Notes: generated from the sequence alone by a model not told the origin. Shown: positions 35,396 to 64,000, counted from the stretch's first letter. The stretch is 64,000 nucleotides of DNA from Macrostomum lignano (GCA_002269645.1 NIVC01001546.1:124001-188000), one strand, 5' to 3'. A program made the numbers and translations.

Positions 35396-38300
35396 AGCCC
35401 CAATTTTATGAATATCGCGGTGGCAATATTTCAGATGTTGTTACGATTTTTTCCTATACGTGTGTTTGTCTTGCGTAAAAAAGAAATTAATAAAATTCGC
35501 GTATTTCTCAGTGTCGCAATCTCTGCCATGTAGCAGCTTTTGCTGGTTCAAACTCTGCGAGAGTGGGAGGGAGGTATTCAAGCAGTGCAACGTGGTCTCT
35601 AGCGTAAAACAGTGTAAAATTGAAAGCACGAGTATTTGACGCACTGCTCGGGCTAGGGAAAGAACTGCTGAATCATGCCAGCACTGTAATCTGTAGCTAT
35701 TAAGAAAGAACCGCTGCCGTGTGTGTGACTTGGACTGTTTCCTACTATTTTTTCATTCCTTTAACCCTCCTTGCCGTCTCTCTCTTTCTCTCACTGAACT
35801 GCACACTCTCCCCAAGTCTTCTCGGTAACTCCACTGCACACGGCTATAGGATCTCTGCTGTAAGACACTGCTTGTTGCTTACTTTCAAATCGATCTGGGC
35901 AACTTTTCACCGTGTCTCAGTCGTTTTTTGAATTTCTTTTATTTCGTTTTTCCTTCGTTTGTGTCCGGTTTTTTCGGTCGTTTTTCTTCGATCCGAGCAA
36001 AATACTGTCTCAATTATTGTTTTGCGGCCATTGACTAGTTTTTTGTTATTGTTATTATTATTAGTTGTTTAAAATTGCAACTTTAAACCCTATAATTATT
36101 AGCTATGAGCAACAGTCGGTTTCCGCTTTCAAAATTTGTCCGTTTTTTTGTTTAAAGATTAACGTTTTTTAGTGATAAGTTTTCAAACAAAATCAAATCG
36201 CTTTCTTTATGCCAAGACGCTTAGATCGAAATTGTTGTTATATTTACAGTGCTTAGCTGTGAAGGCTCGGTTTCAAGTTTGCGTGTCTGTGACAATTCTT
36301 CTTTTGCCCACTATTTCTGTCTTGTAGTGTTTGGCGGCCGCAGTGAGCCCAGCTGATTAAATAGAATAAAAAACAGGTTTTTTTTTCTCTTTGCGCTCAA
36401 ATGTCCCTTTCACGTGTGTCTCTGAGGATTAATCTTCTGCTCAATTGCTACTTTGTTGTTAGTTATTTCTGTCTAGTAGCTCTCGCCCTTGAAAATTAGA
36501 CTAAGGTAATAATAAATCATAAAATAAAAGTGCAGCTAAACGACATGTATTAAACCTTGGTCAGCAAATAAGGCACTAAGTATTAGCCTTAGTCAATTGT
36601 CAGCGCTAAGTATGTTTCGCCAATCCAGTCGGTAGCTAATTATTTCGCGCAATTTGATATGCCGCCCCATGCAAGGACCGGATCAATCTCTTCAGATCAT
36701 GGATCTTTTCTTTCTTTGCAAGAAACCGGTGTGGCGAATTTTTAGCGCCAGAATGGTATTTCTGCTACAAACAACCGTACTCACAGTAGTCAACTATAGA
36801 TTTTAGTCGCAAAACGAAGTAAATCTATTAAGCTCAAAATTTTCGTGATAGTAAATTTTTTGTTTAGGTGGCCGCAGTCTGCTTTGGAATTATACTTTTC
36901 ACATGATGCTTAATATCATAAGGGTGATTATTTAGTATACATGTAGTTGGACTAGCACCTACAGTCATTTTTATCATTTTATCATTTATGATAAATTTTT
37001 ATCAGTTTTAGCTTAATGATGACTGTAACAGAATGATAAAATCGATTCATAAAACGAAATGAGTCGATCGAGTTGTGCCATTTTTGTAATTTTTAGGCGT
37101 GGAACATGCGTAGGATACAAAAATTAATAACAGAATCCTAATTTTCTTAAAAAATCTATATCAATAGAACCACAAGAAAGGCAAGATATACATGTATCAA
37201 AAATGAACATTGGGTCTCCCTTCTTATCAAAAGCTGTCATTTTTGTGCTGAAGTAAAACAGCTGCTATCTCCATAATCTGTTTTTCGGTTAAAAAACCCT
37301 AGCTGCCTACTAAATTTCTTTCAAGAAATGTAGTTCTTCGTCTATTAATACTTATAAAGTCGCTCCTAATTGAGATTAATTCAGTAAAATAATACGAGTA
37401 TATCATTCTCAAGCTTCTATGCAAGATGGCTTATAATAGCAGTATAGGTTGAATACAATTGTAGTGAGCATCTGACCTTGAATTAAGAATTTGCTGACTA
37501 ATGTATAATAAGCTCGAAGTTTTAAAATAATCTGGTGTTGGCGACCGCTATATCGCTGTAGATTATTGATTTGCGGTTATCTTTAGCAATCATAATAAAG
37601 ATTTTAAACAACGTGGAGCTCTGCCCCAGGTGAATTGAAGTTGCTCTTATATAGCATCATCGCCTGCACGTACCTGCGATGTACTCGTACGATAGGTAGA
37701 GAAGATGGATTGTAGAGTTTTCGTGTTACAGCTCGAGATTGATTAATGATTGTCAATCAAAAAAGGCAACAGGTAAGCCATGATGCAAAATTGACCAAGT
37801 TTTGTTTTAGCTGACTATATATTTGTGAATGCATGATGTACACAATTATATTTTGTTTTATTATACGAGTAGACGAACATCTACAATTTAGTTTGTAAAG
37901 TACAATAAATAACGGAATTTTGACATTTTTCTTAACGAGAATGTTCGTCACTTAAACAGAGTGCATTAACTGTTGTTGAGTGCGGAGCCTATATTTGTCA
38001 TGAAGCGGGCTAAACACTTCATAAACGTAACAGTATGTTAACAGAAAGAAATTGCAAAATTACATCAATAGCGACACGTGAGAATTTCGGCAAGTACGAA
38101 TATAAATTTGTACTTTTGCCTCCTAACAATTACATGCAGCTACCAATTATGATTTGTTTAAATTTTCTAACGAGTGACGTTAAACTATAGCGTTAGCATG
38201 CTTTAATAATTATACTGCTATCAAAACTTGAAGATTTCATTTTGCATCTAGGGGCTGCGCAAAGAATTGAGATATAAATATAGCTTTAAAATCGAAATTC

Positions 38301-39788
38301 TACACAGAACATTAATTGACACATTTTACAGTTTTAACAATACATTTATGTTACACAAACACAAAGAACGAACTTGATAAATTCCCAAAAATCCTAAAAT
38401 TAAGAGGAAAAATTGCAAAACCGAAGCTAAGGATTTCAATTTTATTAACAAAACAATATGTTCATAGCTTAATGAATAAAATGAAAACTTTATAAATCAC
38501 GACAAACAATTGTTCATGTCTCATTGCAACAAGCAAATCTAAATGTTTATACATGTATAGCTATATAACGTAGTGTACACCTTTGGACAATGGCTACACA
38601 GGCTTAGTATTCCACAATTGATCAAACTACTGTTGCACATCCAGTATACAAAAGTGAAGAATCTACACAAAAATAACATTGCTCATAGAGGAAAGATGCA
38701 TTATTATATTATGATGCAAAAATAGAGGACGTGCAACATCAAAAGCAATTCGCAAAACTTGAGAAGTGCATCGATTATTCTGTGCAAAACGCGTGCGCAA
38801 ATGCACACACATTGTCAAAAAGCTTAACATATTCTCAGTCAGAATATTTGACTTTTTAAAATCTTTACTAAAATATTTGAAAACATATAAATCGATGAGG
38901 TATTTATGATGAGGTTTTCTGTAGTTCACCAGCGGAATTAAGACGGATTCGCGTCAAACAGATGTCACAGGCGAATGGGCGTTTTCACATTGCACCGACG
39001 GATATGACTGCGTTATACCTGCATGCATAATGTTGACCGAAAGTTGGTGTAATATACAAGTACACACATCTCCATCGGATTGCTATACAGCCGGTAAACT
39101 AAGTGTTAACAACAGTGCATAGCGTGGAGTAGCGGTGTGGATAAAAAAGAAACCTTCCAGTTTCTTGTTTACAAACCCCCGTTGTGCTGTATCGATGCTC
39201 AGATCCATCATCTCAGCTCTCAGCACGGATGCCATAAAACAAAAAATTTAAATAACAAAACCGACGCTTCTTACGACAAAAGAACATTTTTCAAGCAAAG
39301 CAACTACCGTGAGAATTTTTTCGGTAGCTTAACAATAAATGACAAAACTTAACACACACCTTAGTGCAATTATCTCATTATATAGGCAAGGACTTTAGCA
39401 TTTGAACAGGATATACGTGTGATAATTATATAAAAGTACAATAAAGAAGCATTCCAGGAATATTAAAAGAATACAAAGCAGGTATTTTTATTCAAAATGT
39501 TTAGAAGTTGAAGTCTGCAGCAAAGTTCATTGCTCCTATTGCATAATGAATAACTTAGTTTGTGACGTACGCCCGAACAGTTTGAGAAGTTCTCGGCAGC
39601 GTAAAACACAACACTTTGGAATTAAACCCTTGCTTGTAATTGAATTGACTAAAACAATATGTGCGTTCATAATCAAATTCCGAAGCAGCTGTCGCACGGG
39701 TGTATATCAGTGTGCTTGTGCTAGATTGACGTTGGCTACCTCAAATCGAGTTATCAAGATGTCGAAATTCGCAAAAACCTGTACTACT

Positions 39789-52734
<12,946 letters not shown>

Positions 52735-52859
52735 GCCGCCCTCGTGTCCTTGGCCGCGACTGCCGCCGCTTCCGCTCTGGTGATGCGAACCGCCGTAGCC
52801 CTCCTTGTGGTGGCAGCCAGCAAAGAGGACGTCCCGAAAGTGGCCTGCGGTTGTGAGTT

Positions 52860-53400
52860 GGAGAGTGAGAGTGAATGTGAGACACTGAGATTGGAAGTGA
52901 GAGTGAATGTGAGACACTGAGATTGGAAGTGAGAGTGAATGTGAGACACTGAGATTGGAAGTGAGCGGAAAGGTGAGTAAGTTTGAGAGTTATGGTGAGA
53001 GAGTGAGGGTGAGAGAGTGAGGGTGAGAGTGAGGGTGAGGGTGAGAGTTAGGGTGAGAGTGAGGGTGAGAGTGAGGGTGAGAGTGAGGGTGAGAGTGAGG
53101 GTGAGGGTGAGAGTTAGGGTGAGAGTGAGGGTGAGAGTGAGGGTGAGGGTGAGAGTGAGGGTGAGAGCGAAGGTGAGGGTGAGAGTGAGAGTGAGGGTGA
53201 GAGTGAGGGTGAGAGCGAAGGTGAAGGTGAGAGTGAGAGTGAGGGTGAGGGTGAGAGTGAGGGTGAGAGTGAGAGTGAGGGTGAGGGTGTGAGCGAAGGT
53301 GAGGGTGAGTGGGAGAGTGAGGGTGAGACTGAGGTTGAGGGTGAGGGTGAGAGTGCGGGTGAGGGTGAGGTTGAGAGTGAGGGTAAGAGAGGGTGAGAAT
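52860..53400. repeat. 32-bp repeat x3 plus (GAGGGT/GAGAGT)n array upstream of the first coding exon of innexin A
   Basis: Direct reading; pyrimidine-rich on the sense strand. Confidence 0.93.
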
Positions 53401-54199
53401 GAGATAGTGAGACTGAGACTAAGTGTGAAATCAAGTGGCAAATTTGAAATATCAAAAAATCTTTCAAATCTTAAAATAAATCCCACAATAGATGTTTACC
53501 TTCTTTTCGCAATGCCACTTTGATGTTGTTTGTCTAACTGATTTGCTCTGATCGAGTTTAGCGCTCAAATCAATTGATCAACTTTGCTAATAAAGGGGAT
53601 TAAACAGTACTATAGCTTAATCTTCTTCTATTCTACAGATGCAAAACTACTGAAAAACACTAACGAACTAACAGGCAGGGCAGTGCTAATCTGCATCTAC
53701 CTGAGGTGAGAATATTATAGTAAACAGCAGCTTAGATAGGTGAAACGGTTGAAGAGGGGAAAGAAAAAAAAACAGATTTTCCTGAGCTGAGACTTTTTCT
53801 AGGTATTTCTCTGCGACAGGCTCCGCTCCGTGATTGGATTCTGCCTAGCAACCAACCATGAGCTGAATCTGATGTTGATGAGAACAGTTCTTTATTTCTC
53901 TTCCCGTGTGTCAGTAAAATGCAAATTGCACTTTTATTTTGTCAACAAATTCAACAAATCATAAGCAATACTAATTCAGTTGGACATCTTGAATCAATAT
54001 TTTGATAAACAATAGAACAGTATTCTCAGCTCGGAAATTTCAGAAACTCATTTAAATTTTTAGGTAGTAGGCAAACATTTAAATACTACTTATCGGGAGT
54101 AGCGAGTGCAGAAAATGCTTATTTAACCTGTACAGTGTATGGCTGCCCATTCTGCCCATTCTGGCAACACCTGAGCAAATACTGAGCACATGCAATCAC

Positions 54200-54576
54200 T
54201 ATCCAAGGGGCGCCATCGCTATCCAAGGGGCGCCATTGATATCAAAGGGCGCCATTGATATCCAAGGGGCGCCATCGTTATCCAAGGGGCGCCATCGATA
54301 TCCAAGGGGCGCCATTGATATCAAAGGGCGCCATTGATATCCAAGGGGCGCCATCGTTATCCAAGGGGCGCCATCGATATCCAAGGAGCGCCATCGATAT
54401 CCAAGGGGTGTCATCGATATCCAAGGGGCGCCATTGATATCCAAGGGGCGCCATCGTTATCCAAGGGGCGCCATCGATATCCAAGGGGCGCCATCGTTAT
54501 CCAAGGGGCGCCATCGTTATCCAAGGGGCGCCATCGTTATCCAAGGGGCGCCATCGATATCCAAGGGGCGCCATCT
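54200..54576. repeat. 19/20-bp minisatellite
   Basis: ATCCAAGGGGCGCCATCGAT. Confidence 0.95.
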
Positions 54577-54993
54577 CAAAAGGCACCAAGTCTACCATAT
54601 CGCCGCACTAAATCAGAAAGATTTAAACAAAAAACAAATTTATAAATTAAAACTTACGTTCTCAAAGGTGTGATTGCTGTTTTAAATGGCCACGGTTAAA
54701 AATATTTGCTGAGACCTGCAGGGATTGAAACAGTCGTAGTCGGCAATTTATATAAGTTGTTTTTCAACTGAAATTCTATTTGCAATTCGAATTTTTGACA
54801 AAAGCGATTAAATTTTTGTACTAGTCTCCATTCCTATCATTAACTTCAATAAAAATCTAACAAGTATGCTGCCTCACTTCTTTGACATCAGCGATACAAA
54901 CCCTTTAAAAGCTTTTCAATAAGAATGACGGTTCAAAAGTTTAAGATATGTACATATACAAGCAATGTTTTTAAAAAATAAAACAGATCACAG

Positions 54994-55508
<515 letters not shown>

Positions 55509-56003
55509 TAACAAACAGTCAATCAATGTCCTTAATTATCTACTTATCGAGTAGCACATTCAGCAAACAGCAATTATGCGTTTATCTATATTTTCAGAAC
55601 TCCGAAGTCAAACTGGTATGTCCTCAAGGAGGTTGCAACGAAAGTATTCATTATTTTGTTAATCATGAAAATGACGCAATTTCGAGAAATGATGGACAAT
55701 TGTTCAACGTTGTCTGTGTCAGTTACAGCCAGACTGCATCAGCTGTTTGTATTACCTGTGAATGCACATCAGCTTAGCAGGAGTTGGTATCGCATAACAA
55801 TGTAAGTTAGAGATAAAATTGCGCGCGTATTTAAAAAACGTGGCTAGTTGTTTGATAAATAAAATAGTGCCTATCAATATAAATTGTTGCCTAGAATAGA
55901 CTAGATGCAGGTGTAAATTAATTTTTTGTAACATATTGATATGCTAAGTAACAGAGAACAACTATTGGCAAACAAAGCATAAGGGCTTTTACTAAACTGA
56001 ACT

Positions 56004-57104
56004 AGCAATTAGAAATCTATGGCTCAGCAATTAGAAATCCATGGCTCAGCAATCAGAAATCTATGGCTCAGCAATCAGAAATCTATGGCTCAGCAATTAG
56101 AAATCTATGGCTCAGCAATTAGAAATCTATGGCTCAGCAATTAGAAATCTATGGCTCAGCAATCAGAAATCTATGGCTCAGCAATCAGAAATCTATAGCT
56201 CAGCAATCAGAAATCTATGGCTCAGCAATTAGAAATCTATGGCTCAGCAATTAGAAATCTATGGCTCAGCAATTAGAAATCTATGGCTCAGCAATTAGAA
56301 ATCTATGGCTCAGCAATCAGAAATCTATGGCTCAGCAATCAGAAATCTATAGCTCAGCAATCAGAAATCTATGGCTCAGCAATTAGAAATCTAATGGCTC
56401 AGCAATTAGAAATCTATGGCTCAGCAATTATAAATCTATGGCTCAGCAATTATAAATCTATGGCTCAGCAATCAGAAATCTATGGCTCAGCAATCAGAAA
56501 TCTATGGCTCAGCAATTAGAAATCTATGGCTCAGCAATTAGAAATCTATAGCTCAGCAATTAGAAATCTATGGCTCAGCAATCAGAAATCTATGGCTCAG
56601 CAATCAGAAATCTATGGCTCAGCAATTAGAAATCTATGGCTCAGCAATTAGAAATCTATAGCTCAGCAATTAGAAATCTATGGCTCAGCAATTAGAAATC
56701 TATGGCTCAGCAATCAGAAATCTATGGCTCAGCAATTAGAAACCTGTAACTCAGCAATTAGAAATCTATGCCTCAGCAATTAGAAGTCTATGGCTCAGCA
56801 ATTAGAAACCCCAACTCAGCAATTAGAAACCCCAACTCAGCAATTAGAAACCCCAACTCAGCAATTAGAAACCCCCAACTCAGCATTAGAAACCCCCAAC
56901 TCAGCAATTAGAAACCCCCAACTCAGCAATTAGAAACCCCCAACTCAGCAATTAGAAACCCCCAACTCAGCAATTAGAAACCCCCAACTCAGCAATTAGA
57001 AACCCCCAACTCAGCAATTAGAAACCCCCAACTCAGCAATTAGAAACCCCCAACTCAGCAATTAGAAACCCCCAACTCAGCAATTAGAAACCCCCAACTC
57101 AGCA
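56004..57104. repeat. 22-bp minisatellite with two variant blocks
   Basis: CTCAGCAATTAGAAATCTATGG switching to CTCAGCAATTAGAAACCCCCAA near 56750-56810. Confidence 0.97.
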
Positions 57105-57947
57105 AACGAAAATACACATTTTGTAAATAGCAAAACTGCTATTCTAACGAATAAAACAAAATTAGTTATGCATAATTTCCATAACTAATAAGTGAAATCA
57201 AAAACATGTAAGTTTTTGTTAAAATACAAAATGAACGCAGTTAATTTTACACGATAAATGATATACCATAAAATTAATTGTTTGTTTTACGAGAACGTTT
57301 TTAAGTGCGATTACTAATTTTGAGTGCCAATAATTTCAAGTGCTGGAATACTGGTACGAGCTAAAATTGTATATGTACGATGAACAATGTCAGAAAAAAA
57401 GCTATTTACGAGCTTTATTCCAAATCGCCAATTACGTATATACTAGTAAATTACGCCGTACGCCGTACAAGAAATTTACTTCTAATGAATTATTATTACT
57501 ATGAGTAGTCTGCCCCTTTCATTGATGTCGTTAACTGTGTCATACAAAATATATTAAATTTAAGACTATGCTTCATTAGCTATTAGATATATTGTGCTTC
57601 ACTAAAACAACAAGCATTTGTACATCATTGCGTAAGTTACTGCCGGCATCAGACACCCGTCGTGTGCAAAATCACTGATTAAAACAAACACACCAAAATA
57701 CGCCAATATTTATAAAACAGACTGTACACAGAAACGAGACAAAGAATCTTACTAAAATATGAAAATAGTTTTATACAAAAATATTAGATCGTTTTTTAAT
57801 TGTTTTAATAGATATAAAAGTGCACATCTGATTTATCTGACAAAGGGAAAATTTCGTTCAGTAAATGAAATCGAATTCAAATTTGCTAACATCTTAGAAG
57901 CGCAGGATGTCCGTCATGCCAAAGTACAGTATCGGAGCTCGATTCGG

Positions 57948-58806
<859 letters not shown>

Positions 58807-58933
58807 ATAATTCTCAAGTGATAAAACAATAGTGTTTCAAAGACGATTTAACAATGCCCTTTTTAATGCAATTTTGAATTGGATTTGATTTACCGAACTG
58901 ACTAATTATAGTCAAACTGCTCTGACAAGGTGT

Positions 58934-60906
58934 CTACACGGAGCTGCTGCCTCTGTTGACACTCTCCAGCAGTCTGTTGATATCATCCTCCGTTCCCGTG
59001 ATCTTGGCTTGTCGATAATTCTTCCACATTGTGGTGGCAACGTCCAAGGCGATGAGGTCGCTGGCCAGGTTGGACACGGCCTGCAGGATGAACACCCCAT
59101 CAGCTCCAAGACTGAAGTTCACGAACTTGGCGCAGTCTCTCTCCTCGGTGTTGGATATGAGTCGCATGGCTCTGAGGTACTGCTTGATGAAGGCGACTCT
59201 GCTGGCGGGAATCAAGGTCTTGAAGACCCAATAGAACGTGTTTAATAGGGTGAGGCCGGCCAGTAAGAGGAACCAGAACCACAGGAAAATGTACACCTTT
59301 TCAACGAAATGATTGATTGGTAGTACGCATTGGACTGTGTACCTGCGGGTTGAGAAACAGTTGTTGTGTATTTATCATAGAATTCAATAAAAAGGCTAAA
59401 AGTACATTTCGAAAAAATGCTGCTTTATTTTTAGAAAGTTGATGGGGGCAATGAGATCTGCAATGGGAAGAATGAGATCTGCAATGGGAAGAATGAGAAC
59501 TGCAATGGGAAGAATGAGATTTACAATGGAAAGAATGAGATCTGCAATGGGAAGAATGAGATCTGCAATGGGAAGAATGAGATCTACAATTGGAAGAATG
59601 AGATCTGCAATGGGAAGAGTGAGATCTGCAATGGGAAGAATGAGATCTACAATGGGAAGAACGAGATCTACAATGGGAAGAATGAGATCTACAATGGGAA
59701 GAATGAGATCTGCAATGGGAAGAATGAGATCTAAAATGGGAAGAATGAGAGCTGCAATGGGAAGAATGAGAACTGCAATGGGAAGAATGAGATCTGCAAT
59801 GGGAAGAATGAGATCTGCAATGGGAAGAATGAGATCTGCAACGGGAAGAATGAGATCTGCAATGGGAAGAATGAGATCTGCAACGGGAAGAATGAGATCT
59901 GCAATGGGAAGAGGAGAGAGAATGAGATCTGCAATGGGAAGAATGAAATCTGCATTGATAAAGTGCAAAGATAGATAGAAATCTGCAAAGAAATGCAAAA
60001 TTGAAAAAAGGGTAAGAATGAGCCATACGAAGATAAAACTAGAGGGGATTAACAAAGAATAGCTCAGCGAGTGCTGCCTTTCCATTCGCGAGCAAATTAA
60101 TTACTCCCCATTCTGCTGCCCAATACAGTCAGTACCTATCTTCAGCCGAAAATATTCTCCAGGGGATTTGAGCAGAGCTCTATCTCTTTAGGCGGGCCCC
60201 AACCTGGATTAGGAGAGAATGAGGTTTCGGGGAGACAACCCGAACTGATCGACTGAATGATGAGGCAGCCCAATCTCCTAATTCCATTTCCCTAAAAATG
60301 TTGTTTGTCTCTCAGTCGACTGTCTATTCGCCTCAGAGGCCGCGGGGATCAGTCATCCTCTAATCCCCCCAGTCCCATTTCTCTGTCTGCTTGCTCTGCA
60401 GCTACCTGGACGGTAGAGTGTCCTTTTGAGTTCGTTTATCGTGTGATTTGGTAATTGATATGCTTGTAGTAAAAAGATTGGGAGAGAAAGGAGAGAGAGC
60501 AAAGGAGAGGGAGAGAAGAGGAAGAGGTAGAGTGAGATGGAGAGTGAAACGGAGACGGAGATGAAGAGAGGGAGAGGGAGAGGGAAAAAGAGAGGGAGAG
60601 GGAGAGGGAGAGAGAAGAGAGGGAGAGAGGAGAGAGGGAGAGAGGAGAGAGAGAGACGGAGAGGGAGAAGGTTGGGAAAGGAATAGTTGCACAGGAGAAT
60701 CGATAAAGATCAAGGGGTTCCAGAGTCAGCGGCTTCCGACAGGGCAACTTAAAAACGAAAGGATAAACGGTTGAGTAGCCTGCTTTTTTCTGCTTTTTTC
60801 TGCTTTTTCGCAAAAGAAGCTCAAATTAACTTTCAGGCTTTAACTTTTTGTAAAAAAGATGAAAAAGCTGAGCTAGATTGCTGTCCTCTCTCTCTCTCTC
60901 TCTCTT

Positions 60907-60981
<75 letters not shown>

Positions 60982-62309
60982 GTGTAGCCCTCTGAAGATT
61001 GCAAATCCTTTTTTACCCAGGCCGCCCGGGTAGCCAGAGAAGACGTGACAATTTTACAAATGAAAAGAGACGAAAGAAGATCGTTTAAAAGCAGAGATAT
61101 GGGGCGGAGCTGAAGTGCGGGGGTCGTGTCAGAATCCAGTTAGTTGCTACGCTCTCACGATTGGTGAATAGCAATAATTAGAACTATAGAAAAACTCCTT
61201 AGGTTTGCTGCTAGAATTTCTGATTTCAGAGGCTGATTTCTTGGGAAACTCTTCCTGGGATTTCTTGAGAGAATTTTAGAGTGGCTGTTCCCACCTGGCT
61301 TGTTGGGAAATGAATCTATATTTATGAATATTAAAAATGCCTAGAAACTCTATACGGACTTTAGATTTGCTAAGAATGTTGTAAAGCTAATTGGTAAAAA
61401 TTTCTGTGTAAATCATCTTAACTTACTTCCTGCCCCTCTTCCCACCCCTCTTCCCACCCTTCCCACCCCTCTTCCCGCCCCTCTTCCCACCCCTCTTCCC
61501 GCCCCTCTTCCCACCCCTCGACCCGCCCCTCTATCCACCCCTCTTATTCGCTTTAGTCCAATGTCCTCCTCTATCTCCATGCAATTGTGTAGTCTCTTTT
61601 ATTTGTTACAGCTACTTCACTAAGGCTTCAATTCCCACCAGCAAACGCATATGAATCGCGTACAATACTCACGTCTCGCTCTTGATGCCAAGCTTTCGAA
61701 TCGGTATCCTACAGTAGGTGACCCTGGGAAAGTGGCCAGTGGTCTGCCACTCCTCGCCGGCAATCAGCTTAGTAAGAACTTCGTATCCAAAAAGTACAGA
61801 CTTGGTGCCCAGAAACTGCCGCATGAGGTAGATTTGGCCAATAGCGTTGCCGATGAACATCAGCCTGACCATCACGAATAGCAGCGTGAGTCGCATTGTC
61901 GGATTAAGGCAGAACAGAAACTTCTCAACCGTGTTCCTCAGTCTCCGGTGCCTGTTAGCCGCCTCCGCCTGCTCTTCCAGAGCCGCCACCAGACACTGGA
62001 CCGCTTTGCGTCGCAGGTCGGTGTCTGGCACGGCTGCACTCCTGGCGTTCTTAATCAGAATCGGCAGACGACGGGCGCCAACTCGCCAGATGAGATGGGG
62101 CACCCAGGTGAGCATAGCCTGGCCTGCTAGCACTATGGCTACCCACTGGTAATAGGTGAGGTGCTGCACCTTGGCTAATTCCTTCGCATTGATTGGAATA
62201 TCGTCGCTAGCCATGAGGAAATAGGTGTTTGATACCCAGCAGTAGTTCTCGGCGAAGTCTTCCCAAGCTTTGGAGAACTCTTGCGGCACCCAGCATTGAA
62301 TTGGTTTGC
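58934..62309 (-). CDS. inx: Innexin B, coding exons 2 and 3; first coding exon not found in the window
   Basis: Exons 62309-61673 ([11 protein letters not shown]...ENYCWV...YYQW...FPRVTYC) and 59342-58934 ([23 protein letters not shown]...GSSSV*); GT-AG junctions at the same positions and phases as in innexin A. Confidence 0.93.
59445..59950. repeat. 21-bp minisatellite in the innexin B intron
   Basis: GCAATGGGAAGAATGAGATCT. Confidence 0.95.
60480..60977. repeat. GA-rich tract (60480-60672) and (TC)n (60885-60977)
   Basis: Direct reading. Confidence 0.9.
61432..61545. repeat. 12/13-bp C-rich repeat
   Basis: CCCTCTTCCC(A/G)C. Confidence 0.85.
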
Positions 62310-64000
62310 CTGAATGCGGGTTTGATGCGTTAGGAATATTTGAATTAGTATTAATATCACTCAATAATCAATTAATATTAGAATTTAAAAGATAAATCAA
62401 GTAAATATAAATTAGAACTAAAATGTATCCGGACAAATCAAAATTGTTTTTATAATTAAAGCAAATAGTTAATTTTTTGTTTTAAATAATGATAAACATT
62501 GCAAATAAACAAATTTACTATTAGAGGAGCGGATTTGGTCATGTTTTACGATCTAGCTGTAATTACTTCTTCGTTTTTTATATTTCGATTTAAAATAAAA
62601 TGTTTGACCGTAATATACAATCTACGCTTGTATATTAATAATACGTAAATACATACTTTTACGACCGTAAATATTTTTAAATACGATTGTCTGGCTTTTG
62701 TTTGTTTTTAAAATTAATTTGTTTTAATACAGAAACTGCGGTAGCTGAATATAACTACTCAAACAGTTTTTATTTTGAAAGACGTAATTCTAGTACGTTA
62801 TTCTAGTTTCTACAATATATTGTAGTAATTGCAGATATTTTATACCGTAACAATTTTCGCAATCTCTATTGAACTAGCTAAATCAGTCATTAATCTTGGG
62901 CAGGAGGCGGAACAAATATTCTGGACAAGCGCTTCCTACATTAATCCATCTGCTGGCTCTTTTTCTGCTAGCAGGGACCCCCGAGAAAAAACTGTAGCCA
63001 AACATTGGCAGTCAGGGTGGGATGTTCTCTTCCGCCGCGTATAGCCGCCATGGCTCTAATGCTTCAACGGCTGCTGTGCTACTTTTGAGTTCCAGCTCTC
63101 CCTCTCTCTCTCTCGTGTCGGACTCATTTTTCTCGGGACTTCCTTTAGCTCTACAGGGAGCTGGACTTTGGCATCCGGTTAATAATTCAGATAGAAACAG
63201 CCATGCAGGGCAGAGGGAGAGGAAAAGAGGGAGATTGGAGGGATTCGGGTGAACCAGCTATGGTGTAGAAGATGTTGAACAAGAACCTACAGTGTAGTAT
63301 AGGCATCCTTCACACACGGCGTCGAGTAGGTCGACTTCCGGAACACAAAAAGAGTCTATAGCTAGCTACTCCACTTTTAGCTACTGCATAAGCTCTAGCT
63401 ACATGCCTAATTCAGCTGCTCAGGTTTTTGCTCAGTTCTGCTTTGCAAAACAGCTCTGCATGGCTAAAGTGTAATGCGACTGCAGACTTGAGTAATCGAA
63501 TCGAAACTCTACAGAGGAAGTTTTAAAGGAAGTTTTTAATAGAAAACAGTTGGAGTTGGGATTCTCGGCCCCAGAGCAGGACTTCCGGAGTATAGCGTTT
63601 TGAATGAGGTCGGATGAATAGGAACGCGAAATGGCTTGATTGAAAGCTCGCGGATTGATCGAGAGTGGGTCCCAAATGAGTTGAGCTCATGGAGCCGTTA
63701 TTAATGGCTCTTCGTGAATTGACCTATTTTTACTGTTCTTTTTAAGCCTCCCTGAGCTGTTCTTATTGAGAACAGAAATTTCTGGTTAAAAATAGCCAAA
63801 CCAAGGGCGAGTCCTGACTCGGAATAAAGATTGACGGCGTATTGAAAGCTCAGCATGTGGCTCACTGATGCGAAATATTGTTGTAAACAGCTCGTTGTAC
63901 CGAGTAATAATAAGGGGAGAAATATGTAGAGATGCTTAGAGGCATTTGCATGTGAAGGCTGTCGAGAGGTGTTAAAGAAGTTTTAGAGACGTTTAGAGAC

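Overview
Eukaryotic (animal) genomic DNA with GT-AG introns and no prokaryotic features. The innexin sequences, intron style and extreme simple-repeat load suggest a free-living flatworm such as Macrostomum (inference only). Layout: (1) 0.7-23.2 kb is a nested transposon field. It holds a Mag-type Gypsy LTR element with a solo LTR inserted in its gag, a second Gypsy pol fragment interrupted by an RTE-like LINE and fused to an EnSpm/CMC transposase remnant, and an AT-rich, almost CpG-free MITE/Penelope/Helitron graveyard (11.5-17.5 kb). It also holds a young 3.3-kb CMC-type foldback element carrying a spliced gene, and an I-group LINE tail whose first 40 nt are amplified about 34 times behind a tRNA-like head. 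(2) 23.4-32.4 kb (+) is an 8-exon RRBP1/kinectin-like ER membrane coiled-coil gene (about 881 aa) with its own 11-aa repeat. (3) 39.8-62.3 kb (-) holds two tandem innexin genes with identical intron positions; the second lacks its first coding exon in this window. Roughly a quarter of the window is micro- or minisatellite with more than 15 different monomers, and nearly all long ORFs in the track are repeat artefacts. Leading leads: the local C-to-T (CpG and CpA) hypermutated domain, the LINE-coding-derived satellite/chimera, the foldback element with cargo gene, and fossil hammerhead motifs. All counts and alignments were done by eye.
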